Virus record (IMG/VR): IMGVR_UViG_3300026258_000271 | Location: 74,716 to 138,715 of that record | Source: a virus | Lineage: Duplodnaviria > Caudoviricetes | Direction: 5' to 3' (one strand) | DNA length: 64,000 nt | Part shown: piece after piece, positions 56,474 through 64,000 of the stretch | How the letters are laid out: each line of letters opens with the position of its first letter | Position numbering within the stretch: the first letter of the stretch is position 1 | Notes under the pieces: model-generated | The model's input: the letters and a program-made list of their open reading frames with translations, nothing else | The model's database searches: none | What the model was told of the DNA's origin: nothing | Position numbers and translations under genes: made by a program

Positions 56474-56913
56474 TGTTACCTAGATTTGCAAGAGGTAAGT
56501 TTACTCCAAAGAACGGAGAAAAATATGTAGGCACAAAAACACCAACTTACAGATCAAGTTGGGAACACTCGTTTATGAGATTGTGTGATGAACATCCTAG
56601 TGTGTATCAGTGGGCGTCTGAGTCAATTAAGATTCCATACAGACATCCTTTCACTGGAAAATACACAGTGTACGTGCCAGATTTTTTTATTGTGTACCAA
56701 GACAAAAATGGTCGTAAACATGCGGAAATGGTTGAAGTAAAACCAATGAGTCAGACTACCATGGAGGCGGCGGGCAAGAGCCAAGGAAAAAAGAAACAGG
56801 TTGTGATAAACATGGCAAAATGGGAGGCCGCAAGTAATTTTGCAAAACAAAGAAAAATAAAATTTAGAGTAATATCAGAAGAACAATTATTCCACAGCGG
56901 TAAACGTAAGTAA
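56473..56913 (+). CDS. gp4: Head completion nuclease (TnsA-like)
   Basis: YRSSWE, WASE, YVPDF, EVKP and N-x-AKWEAA motifs. Confidence 0.9.
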   Translation: MLPRFARGKFTPKNGEKYVGTKTPTYRSSWEHSFMRLCDEHPSVYQWASESIKIPYRHPFTGKYTVYVPDFFIVYQDKNGRKHAEMVEVKPMSQTTMEAAGKSQGKKKQVVINMAKWEAASNFAKQRKIKFRVISEEQLFHSGKRK

Positions 56914-56921
56914 ATAAAGCA

Positions 56922-57446
56922 ATGACAAAGAAACTAGAAGATATCCTTAATTTACCAAACGTCAAACAAGCGTTCAAAGAAGTCGACAAAAAAGAACAGG
57001 CAAAAGCCAACAGAGATCAAACAAAAGAAGTGATGAAAAATGTTGATCCGCAAACACGTAAAAATTTAGAAAAGAGTTATGCAGAATTTGACAAGGTTGC
57101 GGCCGCACTACCGCAGGTTAAAGGCCTGGGAGAACTATCAGATTTAGAATTAGATAAGTTGGCTGTAGAAGCAGAAGAAAGTTATAAAAATCTAATGGAT
57201 TTGGGGATGAACGTTGATTCTCGTTACTCAGGCAGAATATTCGAAGTTGCAGGAAACTTTTTACGTAATGCCATAGACGCAAAAGGTTCTAAAATTGATA
57301 AAAAATTAAAAATGGTCGAATTACAATTAAAGAAAATGAAGATCGACAAAGACGGAAACAAGGACGGGGGTCCAATAGAGGAGAGCGACGGTTTTGTAAT
57401 ATCTGACCGAAACGAATTGATGAAGAAATTACTGAAGAAAGACTAA
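56922..57446 (+). CDS. gp16: Terminase small subunit
   Basis: Helical protein with LMDLGMNV-x2-R-x3-IFEVA and C-terminal DRNELMKKL; near the large terminase. Confidence 0.6.
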   Translation: MTKKLEDILNLPNVKQAFKEVDKKEQAKANRDQTKEVMKNVDPQTRKNLEKSYAEFDKVAAALPQVKGLGELSDLELDKLAVEAEESYKNLMDLGMNVDSRYSGRIFEVAGNFLRNAIDAKGSKIDKKLKMVELQLKKMKIDKDGNKDGGPIEESDGFVISDRNELMKKLLKKD

Positions 57447-58585
57447 TGTCGCTTCCTAGTAACTTTTGTCCGGCCCCATTCATACAACTACAAACATCAA
57501 AAAACGGATCGTGTGGTCCATGTCCATACAGGCCAAATATGTGGAATGTAAAAGGACCAATATCGGAGCAGTGGCGATCTGATGCAATAAAAGGATTACG
57601 TCAGAACTTTCTTGATAATAAAAAAGATCCACGTTGTCAACGTTGCTGGAAAGAAGAAGAAGCAGGCCATGAGAGTTTGAGATTACGACTCCGAGAATTC
57701 AGAGGCAGTGCCAATACTGGAAAAGTTTTTGAAAAATATATTGAAACAAAAAAATATGAAAAGTTTCCATTAATTTTGACTGTTATCCCCGGAAACGAAT
57801 GTAATTTATCCTGTCCATCTTGCAACGGAAATTTTTCAAGTAAATGGAATAGTATGGCAAGTAACAGCGACTATGGAGGATTTCAAAAAGTGGTGGATAA
57901 TTGGAATTTAACAGAGGCACAATACCAGGACATAGTGGATAATTCTCCTAATTTACAGAAAATAGAAGTGTTTGGTGGAGAACCTTTTCTAAATAAAAAA
58001 AATAGAAAATGGCTTATTGAAAGATTAATCGAAAAAGGCACATCAAAAAATATAAAATTATACTTCAACACAAATGGCACACAATTCGATAGCAAGTACA
58101 TGGAGAAAATTACGAGTAATTTTAAGTTTGTTGAAATAAGACAATCGATAGACGGCTTATATGAACAGTTCGAATATATACGTTATGGGGCAAAGTTCGA
58201 TCAGATCATCTCCAATGCTGAAAAATTCAATGCACTTCCAAACACAGATTATGAAATAATATGTACAGTGTCTATTTTCAACGTTTTATCACTTGAAGAT
58301 ATTGATAGTTTTTTCAAAGCACGTAATTGGTCCGTATATTATAATGTAGTTGATTTTGAAAATCACTTACTCCTACACAACATACCTGATGTATTGAAAA
58401 AACACATCAAATTACCTAGAAAATTCCACGACATAGAACAGTATATAAACATGCAAAATTGCAACACTGATCATTGGGATAGTTTTGTAAGATATACTAA
58501 AATTTTAGACACAAACAGAGGCACATCCTTCAAAAACACCTTCCCTGCCCTGCATAATCTAGTCAAAAAACACGGCTATGAATGA
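57446..58585 (+). CDS. Twitch-domain radical SAM protein
   Basis: N-terminal C-x2-P...PC...CQRCW, plus CNLSCPSC, GGEPF, NTNG and SIDG motifs. Confidence 0.85.
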   Translation: MSLPSNFCPAPFIQLQTSKNGSCGPCPYRPNMWNVKGPISEQWRSDAIKGLRQNFLDNKKDPRCQRCWKEEEAGHESLRLRLREFRGSANTGKVFEKYIETKKYEKFPLILTVIPGNECNLSCPSCNGNFSSKWNSMASNSDYGGFQKVVDNWNLTEAQYQDIVDNSPNLQKIEVFGGEPFLNKKNRKWLIERLIEKGTSKNIKLYFNTNGTQFDSKYMEKITSNFKFVEIRQSIDGLYEQFEYIRYGAKFDQIISNAEKFNALPNTDYEIICTVSIFNVLSLEDIDSFFKARNWSVYYNVVDFENHLLLHNIPDVLKKHIKLPRKFHDIEQYINMQNCNTDHWDSFVRYTKILDTNRGTSFKNTFPALHNLVKKHGYE

Positions 58586-58608
58586 TACATAAAGGCTAAA
58601 TATTGCAT

Positions 58609-59214
58609 ATGAGCACGTTCAAAGACTATCTAACAGAATCAGCAAAGTCGTATGACTACAAAATAAAGGTAGCAGGCGATCTAGACAAAGATTTTGGCAG
58701 TAAGTTAGAATCAGCACTTGCAAAATTTGAAGTTGCAAATATGTCAGCAGGTAAGAAAACACCTATAATGACATTGCCACTTGATTTTCCTGCCTTAAGT
58801 AATGAGCAGGTAACAATTTTTGATGTGACAACAAATTATCCAGCATCATCAAATGTAATGAAAGAATACCTTTCAGACATTTTAAGAGTTCCGGCAACTC
58901 ACATTGTTGTGAGAAAACCAGGCGAACCTACAGAGCAATATCAAGACGACATGCAAGTTGCTCAAAATTCAGAATACAAAAACAAATTACTAGACATAGA
59001 ATACAAAGACGCACCAAAAGTCAAAGGTGAAGATTTCCATTCAACTCAAGCAAACATGAGTTTGTTAAAAGAACTATTAAAAGACAGAGAAGACAATAAA
59101 GACCAGCCAAAGGGTGGACAAGAAACTGGCGTACAGAGCCACATAGAAGAAAAAGGAACACCAAGTCCTTTAAGCAAATCAACAAACCCACACCCAGACC
59201 CAAAAAGGAAATAA
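58609..59214 (+). CDS. Putative internal head/virion protein
   Basis: Starts MSTFKDYLTES, similar to the T4 capsid-targeting sequence; TAAATA 6 nt upstream. Confidence 0.6.
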   Translation: MSTFKDYLTESAKSYDYKIKVAGDLDKDFGSKLESALAKFEVANMSAGKKTPIMTLPLDFPALSNEQVTIFDVTTNYPASSNVMKEYLSDILRVPATHIVVRKPGEPTEQYQDDMQVAQNSEYKNKLLDIEYKDAPKVKGEDFHSTQANMSLLKELLKDREDNKDQPKGGQETGVQSHIEEKGTPSPLSKSTNPHPDPKRK

Positions 59215-59217
59215 GTT

Positions 59218-60045
59218 ATGGAAATGATAGATGTATTAAAGAAACTACAAGAGATCGCAGAAACAAAACCTGAATTGGTAAAGGACGCAGTGGAAAATGT
59301 TGAGAGAACAAATCCAAAAGAAAAAGTTGCAGAAGGCGGAATGAAAGACTACTTGCACGGCGAAGCAGAAAAACTTTCAAGAGAAGAATTCCTTAAGAAA
59401 CATGGTGAAAGCCTAAGAGGTTTCTACAATGCAATCAACGGGTCAGAAGACGACGAAGATGATATGGAAGAAGGAAAAATGATGAAAAAAGAAACTGTAA
59501 AAGAAGATATCAAAATTTCAGCAGACACTCCTCAAGAAGCAGGAATGATGATGCAAATTTTAAAATTAGCAGGCATTCAACCAATGGGTGCTGATATGCC
59601 AAATATGGAACCAAAACCAGAACCAGAACAAGACGATGCAATGGGTTCCATGGACATGGCTAAAATGAGAGACATGGTTACTGCACCTGATGAAGAAAAA
59701 GCGGCAGAAACATTTGCAAATTCTCCAGGAGATAGAGAAAAAGATGAACCTACAACTATGGACACAGACACTCTAGTAAACACTATGTCAGGTGGCATGA
59801 ACAGACAAAAGAAAACTCATCAAAGAGTTTCTCCAGGTGATAATCCAATGGCGGCAGAAGACAAGATCACAGAACAGGACCTTGCTAATAGTTTAAGAAA
59901 CCAATATGATGCTTTCAAAGAAAGTTACAAGAAAGCGGCAAAAATGGCAGAAACAAAAGCAAAACCTGACTTCTTAGACATGGACAAAGATGGCAACAAA
60001 AAAGAACCAATGAAAAAAGCCATCAAAGATAAAGAAGCAAAGTAA
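59218..60045 (+). CDS. Putative internal head protein with an EF-hand-like C-terminal motif
   Basis: Acidic and Met-rich; contains QILKLAGI and DFLDMDKDGNKKEPMKKA. Confidence 0.6.
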   Translation: MEMIDVLKKLQEIAETKPELVKDAVENVERTNPKEKVAEGGMKDYLHGEAEKLSREEFLKKHGESLRGFYNAINGSEDDEDDMEEGKMMKKETVKEDIKISADTPQEAGMMMQILKLAGIQPMGADMPNMEPKPEPEQDDAMGSMDMAKMRDMVTAPDEEKAAETFANSPGDREKDEPTTMDTDTLVNTMSGGMNRQKKTHQRVSPGDNPMAAEDKITEQDLANSLRNQYDAFKESYKKAAKMAETKAKPDFLDMDKDGNKKEPMKKAIKDKEAK

Positions 60046-60084
60046 TACTTTTCTACCCAGGCCCACAGCGTTAAATACTACACT

Positions 60085-61677
60085 ATGGCGTATGTATCAT
60101 TAGACAGCGACCAAATTAAAAAGGCGCACAAGAAACACAAATACACTAAAGAACAAGTTGAACAACTTGAAAAGTGTATGGATGAAAAAACAGGTCCACT
60201 TTACTTCATGAAACAGTTCATGAAGATACAACATCCAACAAAAGGTGAGATGAAATTTCAACCTTTTCCTTACCAAGAAAGATTAGTAGAGGCATACAAC
60301 AATCATCGATTTAGTATATCTATGCTTCCAAGGCAAACAGGAAAAACTACATGTGCATCAGGATACCTTATATGGTATGCAATGTTTAAACCAGATTCTC
60401 AAATACTAATCGCCGCTCACAAATACGCGGGTGCATCAGATATCATGTCAAGGGTGCGTTATGCATATGAGATGTTACCTAGTTGGATAAAAGCAGGCGT
60501 AACACAGTACAACAGGAACTCAATAGAATTTGACAATGGGTCAAAAATTATGGCAACCACAACAACTGAGAACACAGGTAGGGGTATGTCACTTACATTA
60601 ATATATTGTGATGAGTTTGCGTTCGTTCAACCACCAGAAAAAGCCAAAGAATTTTGGACATCACTGTCTCCAACATTGAGTACAGGTGGTAAATGTTTGA
60701 TTACTTCAACTCCAAATAGTGACGAGGACCAATTCGCTATGATTTGGAAAGAAGCAAACAAGAGATTTGATGAATATGGAAATGATAAAATAGTTGGTAC
60801 CAACGGTTTCTATGCCATGAAAGCACACTGGAACGAACACCCAGACAGAGATGAAGCATGGGCAGAACAAGAACGTTCAAGAATTGGCGAAGAAAGATTT
60901 AGAAGGGAACACGAGTGTGAGTTCTTAATTTTTGATGAAACACTCATATCAAGTTTGGTGCTGGCAGACATGGAAGGTGTACCACCTGTAGAAACCACAG
61001 GACAAGTGCGTTGGTTCAAGAGACCCACACCCGGACACACCTACATGGTTTCATTAGATCCAAGCATGGGAACGGGAGGAGACTTTGCCGCAATACAGGT
61101 ATTTGAACTGCCAACCTTCGAACAAATAGGTGAATGGCATCATAACCAAACACCAATGAATCAGCAAGTTAGAATACTTCAAGGTATCAACAAGCATATA
61201 CATGACACAATTATGGAAAAAGATGCAACAGCATCTCCACAAATATTCTATAGTATGGAAAATAATTCAATAGGTGAGGCCGCACTCATGAGGGTAATGG
61301 ATATTGGCGAAGAGAACATACAAGGCATGTTTCTATCAGAACCTATTAGAAAAGGACATAGAAGAAAATTTAGAAGAGGATTTAACACAACAGCGAAACA
61401 CAAAATAGATGCCTGCACAAAATTTAAAGAACTTGTAGAAAACGATAAAATGAAAATTCATTCACAATTATTAATATCAGAACTAAAGGATTTTGTTGCA
61501 TCAGGATTATCATATAAAGCCAAGCCTGGACAACATGACGATCTAGTAAGTGCTTGTTTGCTTATGACTCGTATGATGAAAGTATTAGCAGATTTTGACC
61601 CAAAAATCTTCGAAAAATGGACTGACAGAACATCTGAGATAACCCCAATGCCTATATTTGGATCGTTCACAGGTTAA
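60085..61677 (+). CDS. gp17: Terminase large subunit
   Basis: PRQTGKTT (Walker A), IYCDEFAF (Walker B), ITSTPN, DPSMG and HDDLV motifs. Confidence 0.96.
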   Translation: MAYVSLDSDQIKKAHKKHKYTKEQVEQLEKCMDEKTGPLYFMKQFMKIQHPTKGEMKFQPFPYQERLVEAYNNHRFSISMLPRQTGKTTCASGYLIWYAMFKPDSQILIAAHKYAGASDIMSRVRYAYEMLPSWIKAGVTQYNRNSIEFDNGSKIMATTTTENTGRGMSLTLIYCDEFAFVQPPEKAKEFWTSLSPTLSTGGKCLITSTPNSDEDQFAMIWKEANKRFDEYGNDKIVGTNGFYAMKAHWNEHPDRDEAWAEQERSRIGEERFRREHECEFLIFDETLISSLVLADMEGVPPVETTGQVRWFKRPTPGHTYMVSLDPSMGTGGDFAAIQVFELPTFEQIGEWHHNQTPMNQQVRILQGINKHIHDTIMEKDATASPQIFYSMENNSIGEAALMRVMDIGEENIQGMFLSEPIRKGHRRKFRRGFNTTAKHKIDACTKFKELVENDKMKIHSQLLISELKDFVASGLSYKAKPGQHDDLVSACLLMTRMMKVLADFDPKIFEKWTDRTSEITPMPIFGSFTG

Positions 61678-61689
61678 TAAATACACTAT

Positions 61690-63804
61690 ATGAACCCAAA
61701 AAATTCGCAAGATTTATTCAATAAAATTAGATCACAGTTTTCTAACATACGTTTAGGCGATGAAAATGGAGCGGCAACGGCTGACCCATCAAATGCAGTG
61801 TTTTTTGAGTTTGAATTCCAGGAAGACGCAGACACATTTGGCTCTGTGAGCATCAGTTTAGCAGATGGTGAAAATATGAAAGTCTACTATAATAGAGATC
61901 TAGTGAGCAAAATAGACGAAGATAGCAGAGATGAATGGTATGCTTTCCTAAAAGAACTAAAAGACTTCGCTGTAGAACATCAGTTAACTTTTGACGTAAG
62001 AGATATTACTAAAAACAACCTAACGAAGCAAGATTATGAAAATCTTGCAGATACGAACAAAACGGTAAATACTGATGAAATGTCAGAAGAACTAAACAGA
62101 ATCACCAAATTAGCAGGTGTCGAAAAGGCACCGGTTGCAGAAGGTCTAACAGGCACTTCTAAAAGTTCATTTGAAAATTTAGATAAAACAAAATTAATAA
62201 TTAGGCACAAAGGAAAAGTTGATGAAACTGTTCCAGGTGCAAGATCAAGACAGATACAATCACTATACATTGAAAACGAAGACGGTGAAAGATTCAAATA
62301 TCCATTAACACACCTAGCAGGTGCAAGAGCGATGCAAAGACATGTTGCAAATGGCGGAAGACCACATGATGAATTTGGACAACATATTGTTTCAACTTCA
62401 GAAGACATAGCAAAATTAAATTCATTTTCGCGATATGCATCAAATAAAGATCAACTAAATGATAATGCAGGTGATATAATTGAACAAACTAAATTAAAAT
62501 TAGAAAATCTAAGAGGTTATATGAGAAACCTATCAAAGCAATCTCATTATGAAGCGGCATCAAAAGATTTCAAAACATCAGAAGAACAAATTTTAGACGA
62601 TGAAACAGTTAACAAATTAAGAGAAAAATTTACAATGAAGAATTTGGATAGCAGGGTTGAAGATGCTTTCCCAATTATAAACAGAATAATGAGTGAATTC
62701 GAAGCAACTAAAGAACAACCTGTTAACGAATTGGAACCAGATGCAGAACCAATTGACGCACCTGTACAAGCACCAGTAGATCATGGCGCAGTTGTTCAAA
62801 GTTTTTTAAACGATCCAGAAAGCAAATTAGTATTAAGAAAAGATGACTCTGCTGATAAAATGCTAAAAGTTACAAAATTTACAAATAAAAACACAATGTT
62901 AAGTTCAATACTATCAGATATAGCAAGTAGACTTTTAACAAAATCAGGTGAAGAAGATAGAGTGGCAAACTTTGCTTCGAGAGTTGCAGACGAGATGGAA
63001 CAGGAAAATTCAGCAACATTCAAACCTACACCAGACTACATCAAGAACAAAAAAATCGCAGTGCAGTTAGCAAAGAGATACATTGACGACTACAAGAAAA
63101 TGGAAAAAGATCCAGCATACGGAAAAGAAATAAGAATGGAACCAGGCGAATTTGCACCTAAGAAAGACCTAAAAGGCAAAGCAAAAGAAACAGAGGCATT
63201 CGAAGGTTGGGTTGATTCAATGATAGACGAAGGTGGAATCAAGCCTTACGTGTCAATGAGCAGGGGCGAAAAAGATGGCAAGATGATGTACAACGTTCTA
63301 GACAGAAATGAAAAAACAATCTTCGCATCGAGAGACGAGAAAGAAGCAACTGCATTCTTAAGAAAAAACTTTGACAAATTAAGAGCAGGCGAAATGGAAG
63401 TGGCCGAATATGCTAAAATGGGAGATTTTCCAAGAGATAAAGAAATCGAAAAGAAAGACAAAGAGAACGCAACTAAACTTGACGTTACAAAAGCAGACAA
63501 AATGATGAACACAACTGCTTACAAAAGAATGCAGGCAGGTGACCCCAAGTACGCAGATAAGACAGAGGGAAATCAGTTCGCACAGGCAGTACAGAAAGCC
63601 AAGGCGGCGGGTATGAAGGCTGGCGATAAATTTAAAGTTGGTGATCAAGAATACACACTGAAAGACGCTATCGAGATGGCAGGATTGCAACTTGAAGAAT
63701 TCTTCTCAGAAGAAGACCTTGCATCAATCGAAGATGCACAGCAAGAAGCAGAAGCGATCAACACAGAATTAGACAGAATTAAGACACTGGCTAACCTTTC
63801 TTAA
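61690..63804 (+). CDS. Large hypothetical protein, possibly a processed head protein
   Basis: 704 aa with ENEDGERFKYP...HLAGARAMQRHV core and several LAG-type motifs; TAAATA 6 nt upstream. Confidence 0.65.
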   Translation: MNPKNSQDLFNKIRSQFSNIRLGDENGAATADPSNAVFFEFEFQEDADTFGSVSISLADGENMKVYYNRDLVSKIDEDSRDEWYAFLKELKDFAVEHQLTFDVRDITKNNLTKQDYENLADTNKTVNTDEMSEELNRITKLAGVEKAPVAEGLTGTSKSSFENLDKTKLIIRHKGKVDETVPGARSRQIQSLYIENEDGERFKYPLTHLAGARAMQRHVANGGRPHDEFGQHIVSTSEDIAKLNSFSRYASNKDQLNDNAGDIIEQTKLKLENLRGYMRNLSKQSHYEAASKDFKTSEEQILDDETVNKLREKFTMKNLDSRVEDAFPIINRIMSEFEATKEQPVNELEPDAEPIDAPVQAPVDHGAVVQSFLNDPESKLVLRKDDSADKMLKVTKFTNKNTMLSSILSDIASRLLTKSGEEDRVANFASRVADEMEQENSATFKPTPDYIKNKKIAVQLAKRYIDDYKKMEKDPAYGKEIRMEPGEFAPKKDLKGKAKETEAFEGWVDSMIDEGGIKPYVSMSRGEKDGKMMYNVLDRNEKTIFASRDEKEATAFLRKNFDKLRAGEMEVAEYAKMGDFPRDKEIEKKDKENATKLDVTKADKMMNTTAYKRMQAGDPKYADKTEGNQFAQAVQKAKAAGMKAGDKFKVGDQEYTLKDAIEMAGLQLEEFFSEEDLASIEDAQQEAEAINTELDRIKTLANLS

Positions 63805-63833
63805 TAAAATATCCATATTACCAATAATAGTAG

Positions 63834-63862
63834 TAGACATTAGATAAATATAGTTGTATATT
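63834..63862 (+). promoter_or_regulatory. Overlapping sigma70-type and late promoters for the ssDNA-binding protein gene
   Basis: TAGACA, 17 nt, TATATT, with TAAATA (63845-63850) inside the spacer. Confidence 0.55.
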
Positions 63863-63929
63863 ATGTACTATATGTCTAATATACATTTAGGCACAAACAA
63901 CAACATAGGCACACAAGGAGGCTTACATT

Positions 63930-64000
63930 ATGGCTACATTGGCTGAAATAAGAGCGAAGTTAAAATCTCAAGAAGTGAATCGCTCCACTTCCAACACAGG
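63930..64000 (+). CDS. gp32: Single-stranded DNA-binding protein, 5' fragment
   Basis: SD AAGGAGG then MATLAEIRAKLKSQEVNRSTSNT, matching gp32 N-termini of this phage type; only 23 codons are visible. Confidence 0.6.
   Translation, partial: MATLAEIRAKLKSQEVNRSTSNT

Noticed and set aside
1-64000. Stop-codon reassignment, or introns/inteins in terminase, portal or capsid genes
   Set aside because: TAA, TAG and TGA all end genes at the expected positions, and the core genes are intact and of normal length.

Overview
This is 64 kb of a large T4-like (myovirus) phage genome, covering most of the virion morphogenesis region and read in the standard genetic code. From 1 to 16168 the minus strand carries baseplate genes: a giant gp7-like wedge protein running off the left edge (absent from the ORF track), gp6, gp25, a gp5-like spike, and gp27-, gp53- and gp48/54-like genes. 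Next come gp55, gp47 and gp46, then an accessory island (PLP-fold enzyme, 2OG-Fe(II) oxygenase, Hc1-like protein, radical SAM, GIY-YIG nuclease, a ~410-nt structured non-coding element, an ATE/Bpt-like aminoacyl-tRNA protein transferase and a DUF1415-like protein). After it lie gp26/gp51-like genes, tape measure, portal, scaffolds, protease, major capsid protein, a fibre/structural gene cluster, gp15/14/13, dNMP kinase, sheath, tube, gp4, both terminase subunits and the start of gp32. The strongest unexplained signals are: (1) the multi-helix non-coding element at ~23186-23600 between the GIY-YIG nuclease and the ATE-like gene; (2) a -1 frameshift heptamer that would fuse gp26 to gp51, as in lambda G/GT; (3) a four-way-junction leader with a competing anti-SD hairpin at 36217-36306; (4) many apparently leaderless transcripts from both late (TAAATA) and sigma70-type promoters; (5) a scaffold-like R/Q-I-x-x-L-A-G motif shared by several uncharacterised proteins. 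All protein calls come from motifs and synteny recognised by eye; no database searches were run.
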